Virus record (IMG/VR): IMGVR_UViG_3300043420_001819
Location: 19,428-83,427 of that record
Strand: one strand, 5' to 3'
From: a virus
DNA length: 64,000 nucleotides
This document shows positions 40,589 through 50,873 of the stretch, one piece after another (positions within the stretch are counted from its first letter, which is position 1; every line of letters starts with the position of its first letter). The notes beneath the pieces were generated by a model. That model worked only from the letters and a program-made list of their open reading frames with translations. It was not told the DNA's origin and did no database searches. The position numbers and the translations under genes are program-made.

Positions 40589-41275
40589 TTAATGCTTCCG
40601 TCTTGATTCCTGAATTGTTTTATCCATTTGTGCTTTTTTCTGTGCTTCAACCTGGTTGTGTACTAAAGTAGAAGCAATTGTGAAAAAAGGAGTTTGGTCA
40701 TACCAACCACCTGCATCAGGTAAGAATTTAGCATTATATATATTGTAGGCATCTACTGCTGGATTTAAAACATCTATATTAATGTCATAAATTGGGCAGT
40801 GTGTGTATAGAGTATTATTTACCATAAGTTTAAAATCAGGGTTTTTATCTTTTTCCCCAATAAAACCACAATTCCTTACCCCTTGAAGTCTTTTCTGTTT
40901 ACAAATATCACACTTCCAACTATCACCTGAAAGTATTTCTGCAAAGTATAGTTCAACAGTTTCTTTTAGTGATACATACTCTTCTTCGCTAATAGAAGAT
41001 TTTTTCATAATTTCTTCAGAAATTTCTACTATTATTTCTGAAGGAAGTTCAGATAATTCTAATGTTTTATTATTAATAGTTTCAATAGTAATGATTGCTA
41101 TTTCACAAATACGGTAAGCGTATTGTTTAGTTCTATGACCGGAGTATAATTGGTCTAATGAGTTAATTTGTCCAATGGAGAGGTTTTTGTATACTACAGT
41201 GACCTCGGGAAAGGACATTTCAGAATAAACCCGAGGTGTGTAGTAATGAGTTATCTTACTATTTAGATTTCCCAT
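40589..41275 (-). CDS. Tail assembly chaperone-like protein (Cys-rich)
   Basis: Between major tail and tape measure; CDIC..C..CP, LP..GGW.DQ. Confidence 0.6.
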   Translation of the reverse strand: MGNLNSKITHYYTPRVYSEMSFPEVTVVYKNLSIGQINSLDQLYSGHRTKQYAYRICEIAIITIETINNKTLELSELPSEIIVEISEEIMKKSSISEEEYVSLKETVELYFAEILSGDSWKCDICKQKRLQGVRNCGFIGEKDKNPDFKLMVNNTLYTHCPIYDINIDVLNPAVDAYNIYNAKFLPDAGGWYDQTPFFTIASTLVHNQVEAQKKAQMDKTIQESRRKH

Positions 41276-41678
41276 CTACGGTGATTCCAAGTAGAATCTC
41301 AGTGTGTTCTGGATTTCTAGTAATAGCAGCAATGGCTGTTGCTACTTCACTTAAAACTTCTAAAGGCAATAATTCAATACATGAATCTTCCATAAGGCCA
41401 TTTGTATCTCTGATGAATTTAACAGGTTTACCTTTTTCATCATCGATATTAGACCAACCAACAACTCCTCTTTTAACAATGTTCCAGTTAAAAGAACCAG
41501 TTGCAAACATTATTGTTGAATCATCTTGATTAATTTTTGTCAGTCCATCTTCTAATTTAGCAAAAGACTTTGAATCAATTTTTTTAAGCTGGATTGTAAA
41601 AGGATTTTCATCACCCCTAAATAAAACGGGGATAAAATCATAAATTTCGTCTTTTTTTGTAGAGACTACTAGAGGCAT
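41259..41678 (-). CDS. Tail assembly chaperone
   Basis: Directly after major tail protein; VVGWSNI.D..G..V.F motif. Confidence 0.7.
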   Translation of the reverse strand: MPLVVSTKKDEIYDFIPVLFRGDENPFTIQLKKIDSKSFAKLEDGLTKINQDDSTIMFATGSFNWNIVKRGVVGWSNIDDEKGKPVKFIRDTNGLMEDSCIELLPLEVLSEVATAIAAITRNPEHTEILLGITVDGKSK

Positions 41679-41709
41679 ATATTTCTCCTAAAATTTAAAA
41701 CTAAATAGT

Positions 41710-41725
41710 GAGGGCAAAAGCCCTC
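41710..41725 (-). terminator. Hairpin after major tail gene
   Basis: GAGGGC-AAAA-GCCCTC. Confidence 0.55.
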
Positions 41726-41730
41726 TGGTA

Positions 41731-42759
41731 TTAATAGTGAGCTACTAAGATTGCTTCACCAATTGTTGCATCTTCATACGCCTCGAACTCAATTTTGTTT
41801 TCAAGGATACCATCAGCATCTTCAATAGAAACTGAAGTATATCTTACACGTGGGAAGTAGATAGCAAATTTGTGAGTACCTGATGTCATTTCAAGATAAA
41901 CAGCACCATCAGTGTTGTTTTTAAACTTGTTAAGTTCAGTGTAATCTTCAAAAGTAACTGACATTGACCCTGATACAACTTTAGCAGTTACTGCTTTATC
42001 AGAGATACCTTCTGTAGTGATAGCTTCTCTATCTGATACAGTGTTTTCAATTGTGAAAGAAAGGTCTTTCGCTTCATAAGATACACCGTCAACAGTAAAT
42101 GTAGCATTTTTACCTACATATGGGTTTTCAGTAATTGCAGTACCCACAAGAATTGTTTCACCAGAAGCAGTTGTATACCCAGCAGCACCCATATCAAAAG
42201 AGATAGTTGCAAGGTCAGCAACAGGGAAATCAAATGTTACACTTCCTGGAACAATACCAGTATATGTGATAGTTTGACTATCTGATGCATCACATCCAAG
42301 CATTTGCTTAACTGCCAATGATGGTTGGTCACCACATGGTTTAGCAAGTTTATAAAGTACAGCTGTACCTGTTTCACCACTCTGTGCTTCATAGATTTCA
42401 TAAGCAGGTGTAACACCATCATCAGAGAATCCAATAAATGCACCAGTACCAAGACCAGCATCTTCACGTACTCCAAGAGCAACTTCAAGAAGAGCAGAAC
42501 CATTAAGGTCGTCTGATGAATTTCCTAGAGGAATAAGTTCTACACCAAGAGTTCCACTTCCATAGATTTTTCCAGCAAGTTTAGGCGCACCAATGAAAGA
42601 GTTTTTAATTGCTTTTCTTTCAATAGAATCACCTTCTGGACGGAGTGCAGTGTCATTAGTTACCTCAACAACTTCGCTGTTTGTAAATGTACCGCCTGAA
42701 TTAAATGAACTCTCTTTGAGAATTGCATATACGGCACTATTTGAACGATAAATAGCCAT
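41731..42759 (-). CDS. Major tail tube protein
   Basis: Position, acidic beta-rich composition, own promoter motif and downstream hairpin. Confidence 0.8.
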   Translation of the reverse strand: MAIYRSNSAVYAILKESSFNSGGTFTNSEVVEVTNDTALRPEGDSIERKAIKNSFIGAPKLAGKIYGSGTLGVELIPLGNSSDDLNGSALLEVALGVREDAGLGTGAFIGFSDDGVTPAYEIYEAQSGETGTAVLYKLAKPCGDQPSLAVKQMLGCDASDSQTITYTGIVPGSVTFDFPVADLATISFDMGAAGYTTASGETILVGTAITENPYVGKNATFTVDGVSYEAKDLSFTIENTVSDREAITTEGISDKAVTAKVVSGSMSVTFEDYTELNKFKNNTDGAVYLEMTSGTHKFAIYFPRVRYTSVSIEDADGILENKIEFEAYEDATIGEAILVAHY

Positions 42760-42791
42760 TATAATGTCCTTTTGTAAGTTTTGTCACAATT

Positions 42792-42799
42792 ATTATCGT
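42792..42799 (-). promoter_or_regulatory. ACGATWAT putative late promoter (major tail)
   Basis: ACGATAAT ~33 bp upstream of 42759. Confidence 0.6.
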
Positions 42800-42810
42800 T
42801 ACTACTACAA

Positions 42811-43227
42811 TTATGTGTTCGATAACTTTTTAATGTACGTAACCTTTAATACTAATTGTGCTACAGAGTATGGCATAATCAAACCACCATCTCTTTTGAA
42901 ATCAGTTATAATTGACTCAATTGTATTACAACGCAAGAACTCATTATTCTCTACTACGCTCTCCACAATCTCAACTAGTTCTGATAAAGTATCTTTTGAT
43001 TCTAAATTTTTTTGTCTGTTGTAAATATAGATTGGAATTGTTGCATCCACTTTTACTTTACCATTAGACATATTCTCTCGTGACTTATTATCTTTCTCGT
43101 ATAAAACAGCAACTGCAGGAAATTGATTTACATCAGACCAAGCAGGAATAATATTATTATATAGTTTTTTAAACTGTCTAGTCTGCTGTAAATCATCAAT
43201 AAGTTTAGTAATCATCTCTATTCTCAT
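42811..43227 (-). CDS. Tail terminator/completion protein
   Basis: Synteny; QFPAV motif. Confidence 0.55.
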   Translation of the reverse strand: MRIEMITKLIDDLQQTRQFKKLYNNIIPAWSDVNQFPAVAVLYEKDNKSRENMSNGKVKVDATIPIYIYNRQKNLESKDTLSELVEIVESVVENNEFLRCNTIESIITDFKRDGGLIMPYSVAQLVLKVTYIKKLSNT

Positions 43228-43814
43228 TTAAATCCTCCATATTTTGCTATGTCCATACGCATATTAATAAAGTCATCTATAATATCGTACATTGATACCA
43301 TTTGAAACTCTCCGATATTTGTTCCTTTTATTGTAGTTGAAATATCAAAAGGGTCTGCTATCTTAAACTCATTTTTACCTTTTATTAATGGTTGCATAAT
43401 ATTATCCATCCAACCATACCACGAAGGTATTGTACCATCTTTTCTTGGTTTATACCCAGCATTAGTTCCGTAGGCAGATTTTAGGATAGAACCATTAACT
43501 TCACCAATAGATGCGTACATAGAAACTGAAAAATTATTTTTTGCTGTTGTATTAGCGTGTACATAATAATCTAAAGAAGAGCGAAGGGTTCCTGTATTGT
43601 AGTGAGGAAGTGGGTTATCATCTGGTCTTCTTCTTTTACTTTTAATAATAGAAGCTGAAACTTTTTTACTAAGAAGCTTATAGACAGTTCGTCCCCAAAT
43701 GTTAACATTTTTTTTAGCTTGGCGTGCAAAATCTTCTGCAACACCTTTAGCTATTTTATCTAAGTTAAGCCTAAATGATTTAGTTAACTTTGTATCTTCA
43801 TAAGGGGAAAACAT
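43224..43814 (-). CDS. Neck/tail completion protein
   Basis: TGTLRSS motif typical of HK97 gp10-like proteins; synteny. Confidence 0.55.
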   Translation of the reverse strand: MFSPYEDTKLTKSFRLNLDKIAKGVAEDFARQAKKNVNIWGRTVYKLLSKKVSASIIKSKRRRPDDNPLPHYNTGTLRSSLDYYVHANTTAKNNFSVSMYASIGEVNGSILKSAYGTNAGYKPRKDGTIPSWYGWMDNIMQPLIKGKNEFKIADPFDISTTIKGTNIGEFQMVSMYDIIDDFINMRMDIAKYGGFK

Positions 43815-43816
43815 AA

Positions 43817-44362
43817 TTAGAGTCTATAGATTTTATAGGCCTCTAATACAGTTACGGCCATTTGAGGAATAACATCTAAAGGTTTTATAGATTGTTTAAT
43901 ATCCGTACTTAATAATGAATAGTTATCATAATTTTTAGCAGCATCATTAAACATTTTTCTTCCGATAATAAAAAGTGCATTAACAAGTGCTGAAGGAATA
44001 ACTTCAGGGGTAGTATACCCTATTGTATATTCTACATAAACATTATCAGTGCCTGAAGTAAAAGTACTATCAGAATAATATATAAGGTTTTTATTGAACG
44101 TTAGTGTTGAAACATCAACATCTACTCCGCCTATTGTTACTACCTCAATAGTTTTTATGTTTCCTCTAGATACATAAATTCTCCCATTACCAGTACCATT
44201 TAGTACTTCAGTAATAGAACGCTCTAATATTGATACACCATAGATTTCATATATGTAGCTTTCTGCCCAACCAAGTATATCTCCAACTAAATCACGTTTT
44301 GATACATCATCCCCATCTACATCAACATAGTCAATAAATCTGGTGGTTAGTTCTGAAAACAT
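43817..44362 (-). CDS. Head-tail connector (adaptor)
   Basis: V.VEY..GY...IP..L..A and L..YK pattern; synteny. Confidence 0.75.
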   Translation of the reverse strand: MFSELTTRFIDYVDVDGDDVSKRDLVGDILGWAESYIYEIYGVSILERSITEVLNGTGNGRIYVSRGNIKTIEVVTIGGVDVDVSTLTFNKNLIYYSDSTFTSGTDNVYVEYTIGYTTPEVIPSALVNALFIIGRKMFNDAAKNYDNYSLLSTDIKQSIKPLDVIPQMAVTVLEAYKIYRL

Positions 44363-44365
44363 TTA

Positions 44366-44599
44366 TTAACCTTTTTTATTAGGGCGTTTAGCTTTAGGAG
44401 CCTCTTCCTTTACTTCCTCTGTAACTACTTCTTCTACTTTTTTCGGTTCTTCTTTTTTAGCACCAATTGAAGTAAAGTGTTTTCCAAAAGTGTCAAGAAC
44501 ATATTTAGCTTGGTCATCTGTTAGTTCATAGTCTCTACCAGAAACAAATTCAATACCAACAGAAACAAGGCCAGGGCCTGAATATTTAACTTTAGTCAT
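44366..44599 (-). CDS. Small capsid-associated hypothetical protein
   Basis: Short ORF after capsid gene with K/E-rich tail. Confidence 0.6.
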   Translation of the reverse strand: MTKVKYSGPGLVSVGIEFVSGRDYELTDDQAKYVLDTFGKHFTSIGAKKEEPKKVEEVVTEEVKEEAPKAKRPNKKG

Positions 44600-44650
44600 A
44601 GTTTTTCCTATTTTCTTAACTCAGCTGTTCAGTAACAACTCGGATAAAAA

Positions 44651-44672
44651 AGTAGGGGCCGAAGCCCTTACT
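44651..44672 (-). terminator. Intrinsic terminator after major capsid gene
   Basis: 9-bp stem with UUCG loop on minus strand followed by T6. Confidence 0.85.
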
Positions 44673-44679
44673 ACCTCTA

Positions 44680-45879
44680 TTAGAGGTTAACGATTGCAAC
44701 TACTGGAGTAGCAACAATTGAAAGTTTTTTGAAGTCAACATCACGGTAACCAACATAAAGAGTTGAGCTAGATACAGCTTTTCTCTCTTCTTCAATTCCG
44801 ATTGAACCACGGTCAGCAACACCGAAGAATCTTTTGTTAACAACAAGGACAGCAGTCTTAGTACCTGGAGTTACTGTATCAACAGCACCTGTTGCATCCA
44901 AGTTTTCTGGAACGTAAGCAGAAGCTACGATTGGCATACCATAAAGTTTACCGATTTCACCAGTAAGGATTGTTGCAGCAGTACCATACTTATCAACAGT
45001 AACAACTTCGTCAAGTCCTAGCATATCGTATGCAACTTTTACAGGAGCAATAATTGCCAAGTCAGCAAGGTTAAGACCATAAACACCAAGAGCTTTTCTA
45101 GCAGCAAGAACGTTAGCAGCAGAGATAGCACCAGTTCCATCAACAGTGTTACCAGCAGCAACAGCAGTTTTAAGAAGACCATCAAACGCTTTTCTTACAT
45201 CGTTAGCATCAGAAAGAGCAGTATCACCAGCGATAATACCTTTTTCAGAAGCACGTGCAAGTGAACTTACCAATTCTTGTTTTACAAGGTCGATAACTGC
45301 AACTACAGCTTCTTGATCAGCTTGGTCAGTTACGCTTACAAGAGTTTTAATTCTGCTTGTTGCAAAAGTAATTTTACCAGCAGTAATTGTAGACTCGATA
45401 GCATCTGCACCTGGAGCGATTAAGTAAGCCAATGCATCTGTTGCTCTACCTGGGATAGAAAATTGATTTCTATTTTGTGGCATAGTCAATTTAGCGAAAA
45501 GTGGCTCAATCATCAACTCAGCTTCAAGCTTAGTCAACATTTGGTTACTGAACTCTTCAGCCATCCAGCTAGAGATATCAGTTGGAACGATTGCTTTTTC
45601 AATGATTGCTGAAGTTTCTTTAAAACCTTCAAATGAAGCCATTGGTTTACCAGTAAGGATTGACTTAAGGTAAAGGTCAGCACCATCTTTTTTAGCTTTC
45701 GCTACTACAGAACTATCAACATCTTTCTCATTGAAAGAAGTTTTTCTTGACTCTAGTTTAGAATCAAATTCTTTTTGAAGTTCCTCAAATTGTTTTTCTT
45801 GTTCAGTTTTTTGAGACTCGAGTTGACCTTTAAGTGTTTCAACTTCTTGTTTCATTTTTTCAATTGCTTCGATAGCCAT
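44680..45879 (-). CDS. Major capsid protein, HK97 fold, with N-terminal coiled-coil delta domain
   Basis: Coiled-coil N-terminus, FDGL, G.IG.LYG.PI..S; follows protease. Confidence 0.92.
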   Translation of the reverse strand: MAIEAIEKMKQEVETLKGQLESQKTEQEKQFEELQKEFDSKLESRKTSFNEKDVDSSVVAKAKKDGADLYLKSILTGKPMASFEGFKETSAIIEKAIVPTDISSWMAEEFSNQMLTKLEAELMIEPLFAKLTMPQNRNQFSIPGRATDALAYLIAPGADAIESTITAGKITFATSRIKTLVSVTDQADQEAVVAVIDLVKQELVSSLARASEKGIIAGDTALSDANDVRKAFDGLLKTAVAAGNTVDGTGAISAANVLAARKALGVYGLNLADLAIIAPVKVAYDMLGLDEVVTVDKYGTAATILTGEIGKLYGMPIVASAYVPENLDATGAVDTVTPGTKTAVLVVNKRFFGVADRGSIGIEEERKAVSSSTLYVGYRDVDFKKLSIVATPVVAIVNL

Positions 45880-45892
45880 ATGAATGTCCTTT

Positions 45893-47110
45893 TTATATTT
45901 TTATTAAAGTATTTGCACGATTTTCAATTACGCTATGTAAACGTAATAGGCTCGTAACATCCTCATCAGTGCCTTCTAATGATTCGATGAAAGCAGTGAT
46001 ATCTTCAAATGTAACTGTGGCAGGTACAACTTCTTTCCCCTCAGCCTCTTCAGCATTTTGGTTACCAGATTCTTCACCATTTTCACGTGCATTATCAGAA
46101 TTATCAGAATTATTATCGTCAGTACTAGAATTAGCTGAATTATCATTATTTTCAGGAGCAACAGCAGATTCTTCTTCTTTTAATATATCAATAAAAGAGA
46201 ATAACCATTCAGGTGTTTCATCCATCATACCAAGTTCAACTATTTCTTCACAGTGTTTTAATAAATGCTCTGCTGCATCTAGTTGTTCTTCTTTTGAATA
46301 TTTTTCATACCCTTGGATTGACTTTAATGCTGAAAGAGCAGATATAACACCCTCTTTACTAACTACAAGTTTCCCTTCTTTAAGCTCATGGTGCGGGAAT
46401 TTCCACGTTGATTTATTTTCCATATCTCCTATAATAAGATAGGCTTCTGAAATAGCCTCTGGAATATCTTTAAAATTTTCACTAAGGTCTTTTTGTAATG
46501 TGTCCTTATCAACATCTACCCACTTCATATCAGAAACTTCTTTGTTTTTAATAGTTGAAGCACATTTATAGGTATGTTCGTTTGTAGCTTTATTAGCTAG
46601 TAAACATGTTCCTGTAGCACATGGAGACTGGGTTAATACCGTAAATATAGACTCTTGATTATCAGGAACAGCAACAATTGACACCTCCAATAGTTCAACT
46701 TTTTTGTAATAATAAATATCTGATTCTGGGTCGTAATGGGAATCAAGTGCTTTGAACCCAATAGAGAATGTTTTTAATATTCCTTGTTGTACTGCATAAA
46801 AGACTTTAGAGTTAAGTACTTCATGTACTTCTGCTGTTATTTCTAAACCATTAATTCCAACTGATAAATCAACGATTTTACCGACTGGTTCATATCTATC
46901 ATGATAAGAAAGAAGAATAGGGTTTTTCATAAAGTTAGTGAGCTCATACCCTGAAGGTAATACAGAATCACCACTCCTGTCAACAACTAAGTTGCCATTA
47001 TTGTCAAGATACCTATTAGCATATCCTTTTATATGAATGACACCGGGGGTCTCAGTGCCAAAATTTTTCTCAACCGTTAGGTCTTTCATGACCAAAACTA
47101 AATTATCCAT
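45893..47110 (-). CDS. HK97-family prohead protease with C-terminal extension
   Basis: GYA...DR.GD, NPILL..H, FSIGF, L.EVSIV.VP.N. Confidence 0.92.
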   Translation of the reverse strand: MDNLVLVMKDLTVEKNFGTETPGVIHIKGYANRYLDNNGNLVVDRSGDSVLPSGYELTNFMKNPILLSYHDRYEPVGKIVDLSVGINGLEITAEVHEVLNSKVFYAVQQGILKTFSIGFKALDSHYDPESDIYYYKKVELLEVSIVAVPDNQESIFTVLTQSPCATGTCLLANKATNEHTYKCASTIKNKEVSDMKWVDVDKDTLQKDLSENFKDIPEAISEAYLIIGDMENKSTWKFPHHELKEGKLVVSKEGVISALSALKSIQGYEKYSKEEQLDAAEHLLKHCEEIVELGMMDETPEWLFSFIDILKEEESAVAPENNDNSANSSTDDNNSDNSDNARENGEESGNQNAEEAEGKEVVPATVTFEDITAFIESLEGTDEDVTSLLRLHSVIENRANTLIKI

Positions 47111-47151
47111 TGAATTTCCTCATCATTAATATTGATAGACTTTCTAAACAC

Positions 47152-47159
47152 ATTATCGT
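47152..47159 (-). promoter_or_regulatory. ACGATWAT putative late promoter (protease/capsid)
   Basis: ACGATAAT ~42 bp upstream of 47110. Confidence 0.6.
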
Positions 47160-47171
47160 CCTTTTTAAAAT

Positions 47172-48536
47172 TTACTGTCCTGCAGTAGGTGTATCAGGAG
47201 TACCACCTTGTGGGTCAGTACTACCTGCACCACCAGTTGAAGTACTATTTCCACTAGAGCTTGTAGGAGTAGTATTAGTATCCCCTGGAACAAGAGGAGT
47301 TCCATCTTGGATATATTGAGCACCTGTACCAAACAAGTATGCAGCAAGGATATTCTTATTAGCATTTTCTGCATCTATTTGTGGTAATCCTATCATATCT
47401 CTAGCCTCATTAAGAGTACTTAGCCCAGTAGAATAACTTGTTTTAGCTGCATCTGCTTTAGAGTTAAGACTTGTTTCAAGTTCTACAATTCTATCAAGGT
47501 CAAACTCAAATCTTAAACTAGTATTTTTAAATTTATTTTGAAGGAATAAAGATATTGAATCTTCTAGCCTGTACAAGTAAGGACGAACAGCTGTATTAAA
47601 TACAGATTTCATTAAGTCTTGTGGTTTAGATGTAGAAGTATTTTCCCCACCTAGTGCAAGAGCATTAATTTTAAATACTCTTAGTACTCTTTTATCACTA
47701 ATAGCTAAGGAATCTAGTATTTTAGAGTCACTAGGGCTTGATTGTATAGGTTTATAGTTTAAACCACCAGGGAGAATAGCTGTACCACCTCTGTTACTAC
47801 CATTTGTACCATATAATGAAGCAAATTGGTCTTGTAATGCTTTTACTTGGTCAGGAGCAAGGGCATACTCAGACTCTAGTATACCTGTAAGCATTGAAGA
47901 ATTTTCATAAAACGATTTTAAGTCTGCAACTGCGTATGACTCAAGGTTTAATGTGTCTAGTAGTGGTCTTACTGCTGGAACACCATAATATAGATTATTA
48001 ATAGTAGGATTTCTAGTTATACATACTTCATCATTTTTGTACGCAATAGTATCTTTCCAGATAACACCTTCAATATAGTTAGTAGCATGAGGAACAATCT
48101 TTACACTTGAAGGTGCACCTAAAAACCAACTTTCATATTTACCTTTATTCTGCTCTAATGTCATAAATGAAGTACCTGAAAGAAGAAGTGCTTGAACTTG
48201 TAGTTCTATCATTTCTCCCCAAGTAAAGAAAGGGTTAGGGTTTTTAACCCACTCATTTAATTTATCATTAGGTTTTAAAGGAGTTAACTTGCCGTTTTTA
48301 TCGACTATTCCTATTCTTGGAACTGCTTGTGATGCTGCTTTAGCAATATAGTCAACACAACTAAAAACAAGTTCACTAGTATGAAGTGAGCCCTCTTCTG
48401 CAGAGTTGGCTAAACTACCATTACCGTCTGTATAATTTTTCATCGCCTCTTCATTATTTTTAGAAGCTTTTGTAGTTACAATTACAGCACTTCCATGAGA
48501 AGGAGGAGATTTTTTAAAAAAGTTAAATAGGCCCAT
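47172..48536 (-). CDS. Portal protein, HK97 family
   Basis: VFSCV..IA, PNP, YYG.P, L.GGL.Y, T.NEAR...GLP. Confidence 0.93.
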   Translation of the reverse strand: MGLFNFFKKSPPSHGSAVIVTTKASKNNEEAMKNYTDGNGSLANSAEEGSLHTSELVFSCVDYIAKAASQAVPRIGIVDKNGKLTPLKPNDKLNEWVKNPNPFFTWGEMIELQVQALLLSGTSFMTLEQNKGKYESWFLGAPSSVKIVPHATNYIEGVIWKDTIAYKNDEVCITRNPTINNLYYGVPAVRPLLDTLNLESYAVADLKSFYENSSMLTGILESEYALAPDQVKALQDQFASLYGTNGSNRGGTAILPGGLNYKPIQSSPSDSKILDSLAISDKRVLRVFKINALALGGENTSTSKPQDLMKSVFNTAVRPYLYRLEDSISLFLQNKFKNTSLRFEFDLDRIVELETSLNSKADAAKTSYSTGLSTLNEARDMIGLPQIDAENANKNILAAYLFGTGAQYIQDGTPLVPGDTNTTPTSSSGNSTSTGGAGSTDPQGGTPDTPTAGQ

Positions 48537-48565
48537 CTGTGCTCCATAAATTATTCGTTATTTTT

Positions 48566-48573
48566 ATAATCGT
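48566..48573 (-). promoter_or_regulatory. ACGATWAT putative late promoter (portal)
   Basis: ACGATTAT ~30 bp upstream of 48536. Confidence 0.6.
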
Positions 48574-48589
48574 TTTCAAGAGGAAAAAC

Positions 48590-48692
48590 GTAATTTAGGG
48601 GTGTCCTAAGACCAATCAGTGTTTACTCTCTTTTAGTGTTGATTAAAGTAATTTAGGGGTGTCCTAAGACCAATCAGTGTTTACTCTCTTTT
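48590..48692 (+). repeat. Two identical 45-bp direct repeats (48590-48634, 48648-48692)
   Basis: GTAATTTAGGGGTGTCCTAAGACCAATCAGTGTTTACTCTCTTTT x2, period 58. Confidence 0.95.
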
Positions 48693-48710
48693 TCAGTTTT
48701 TTGAGATAAC

Positions 48711-48718
48711 ACGATTAT
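48711..48718 (+). promoter_or_regulatory. ACGATWAT putative late promoter (terminase operon)
   Basis: ACGATTAT ~28 bp upstream of 48747. Confidence 0.6.
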
Positions 48719-48746
48719 TTAAATAAGATTACTTTAAAGTTAAGAG

Positions 48747-48998
48747 ATGCAAATACAAATCAAGAATACTCCTTTATCTTTAGAATCAGTTGATGATTCA
48801 CTTTTAACCTTCACTTGTACCTGTGGTAGAGCTTTTACTGTTACTACCTCTACATTAACACTAGATGTAAGATGCGAAGTTTGTACAGAAATATCTAGTA
48901 GTATTCCTGAACTATCTGAAAGAGAAGTAATAGACTTAAGTCAATATATTTATGATACAGTACTAACTAGTTATCAAACAAAATTTAATAGGGGATAA
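48747..48998 (+). CDS. Small zinc-ribbon protein
   Basis: CTC...CEVC. Confidence 0.55.
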   Translation: MQIQIKNTPLSLESVDDSLLTFTCTCGRAFTVTTSTLTLDVRCEVCTEISSSIPELSEREVIDLSQYIYDTVLTSYQTKFNRG

Positions 48999-48999
48999 A

Positions 49000-49497
49000 A
49001 TGGAAGATGAAATATTTGAATTAGTTTCAATTCCTGGTGAGCTAAGTGATATCACAAAAGAGAAACTATCTAAAGAAATAACATTTACTGAGGGCGTTAA
49101 TGCTGTTGAACCACTTACGTTACTTGAAAGAACTGTATGTGAACTTACAGCTGAGCGAAAAGGAAGACAAGAAATTGCTAATTACCTAGGAGTTCCTTTA
49201 AGTACTGTTAGGTGTATCTTAGCTAAACCACACATTAAATCATTTATTCAAGATATAGTGATTGCTCAGTATGAGTTAACTAAAGAATACAGATTATCAT
49301 TATTGAACAAGGTAATTGAGGCTAAAATTGGTAATATTGAGGATGAATTAGATGGTGATTTTAGTAAAGCTACCAAAAAAGATATTATTGACTTATTGAT
49401 TATTCAAGATAATATGCTAAAAGAAAGAGAGAAGAAAGAGTTAGGTACTTCTGATGATACGTATATAACACTACTCCAACAGGTTATTAAACAATGA
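49000..49497 (+). CDS. Terminase small subunit (putative)
   Basis: HTH (EIANYLGVPLSTV) then helical region; overlaps large terminase start. Confidence 0.7.
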   Translation: MEDEIFELVSIPGELSDITKEKLSKEITFTEGVNAVEPLTLLERTVCELTAERKGRQEIANYLGVPLSTVRCILAKPHIKSFIQDIVIAQYELTKEYRLSLLNKVIEAKIGNIEDELDGDFSKATKKDIIDLLIIQDNMLKEREKKELGTSDDTYITLLQQVIKQ

Positions 49498-50873
49498 GTG
49501 AACTAGTTTCAGCTGATATAAAAGTATATAGGTCTATTGTTAATAAAATAGATTATAAAGCAGCAGCACAGGCTTTTAAATTTACGCCTCATGAAGCTCA
49601 AGATATTGTAATGAAAACAGTTTCTACAAGAGAGTTTGAGGTTATTACTCTAGCTTGTGGTAGACGATTTGGTAAGTCAGAGTTAATGTCTACTATTGCT
49701 TCCACTGAATTATTAATCCCTGAGGCAAGGGTGCTACTAATTACACCTACTTTTGCTAATGCTAAAGCTATTTATGATAAAGTTGAACTAGCAATCATTA
49801 AAAAAGGGTTAAAGATTGTTAGTAAAGATAGTAAGTTGCTAACATTTACCTTAGAGTATAATCAAACTATTATTTGTGCTACCCCTAAGTCTATTGCAAA
49901 CGTACTAGGGTTTAAATACTCACTAGTAATCTTTGATGAATCTCAAGATGTTTCAGGATTAATGGATATTTGGGAAAATAAAATTCTTCCAGCACAAGCT
50001 GACTACGGTCTTCAAGATAATGGATACATGTATTCTAAAACTATGTTCATTGGAACTGTAAGGGATTTTGATAATGACTTTTATATTCCATTTGAAAGAG
50101 GATTAAATGGGTTACATGGTTATATATCATTTAACTTCCCTACCTCAGCAAATCCTTATATATCTTCAGAGTTTTTAGAGAAGAAAAAGTTAACATTACC
50201 TAAAAAGACTTTTGATATGGAGTATGGAGGAATATGGCAGAGCTTACAAGATGCTATTGTATACTATTCTTTTGACCCGGAGGTAAATGTAATACCAGCA
50301 ACAGAATATCAAAATATTTTTCAAAGAGCTGGTATGTCTTTAGTAGCTATTGACTTTGGTTTTTCAGATAATACAGGACTATTATTAGCTGTAGTAGAAA
50401 AACTATCTGGAACTATAACTATTATTGGTGAGTATGTAGAAGAACAGCTATCGCTTGAAGAACATGTAAAGAACTTTAAAGAAAAAGAGTCAATTTTATT
50501 ACCAGGAATGACTCCATTACGGTATGCTGACCCATCAGCTGCACAAACAATTCATGATATGGCTTCAACCTATCAGTATTATACTTCGCCAGCACAAAAT
50601 AAGATTTATGAGGGTATTGACAAAGTTAATGCATTATTCTATAATAAAAAATTATTTATTTTAGATAGTTGTACAGAACTAATAGGAGAGATTAAGAATC
50701 TTTCTTGGCAAAATGCAAAAACAAAAACAGTAAAACGCTCAAAAAGGTATAAACACTTTGACCTTGCCCTTTCAACACTAAGGTATTTAGTATATACTTG
50801 GGAAATGCAGAAAAACCTATCAATACTTCATATAGATAGAGAACAACCTTATAAGGACAAATATGGATTTTAA
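49494..50873 (+). CDS. Terminase large subunit
   Basis: Walker A GRRFGKS, Walker B VIFDE, nuclease AIDFG and YADPS. Confidence 0.93.
   Translation: MSELVSADIKVYRSIVNKIDYKAAAQAFKFTPHEAQDIVMKTVSTREFEVITLACGRRFGKSELMSTIASTELLIPEARVLLITPTFANAKAIYDKVELAIIKKGLKIVSKDSKLLTFTLEYNQTIICATPKSIANVLGFKYSLVIFDESQDVSGLMDIWENKILPAQADYGLQDNGYMYSKTMFIGTVRDFDNDFYIPFERGLNGLHGYISFNFPTSANPYISSEFLEKKKLTLPKKTFDMEYGGIWQSLQDAIVYYSFDPEVNVIPATEYQNIFQRAGMSLVAIDFGFSDNTGLLLAVVEKLSGTITIIGEYVEEQLSLEEHVKNFKEKESILLPGMTPLRYADPSAAQTIHDMASTYQYYTSPAQNKIYEGIDKVNALFYNKKLFILDSCTELIGEIKNLSWQNAKTKTVKRSKRYKHFDLALSTLRYLVYTWEMQKNLSILHIDREQPYKDKYGF

Noticed and set aside
41255-41285. Lambda-type -1 frameshift between tail chaperones at GGGAAAT
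   Set aside because: The downstream ORF is in the +1/-2 frame and has its own ATG, so a canonical -1 slip would not join them
48590-48692. Mini CRISPR array
   Set aside because: Only two adjacent repeats, a 13-bp spacer and no cas genes in the window
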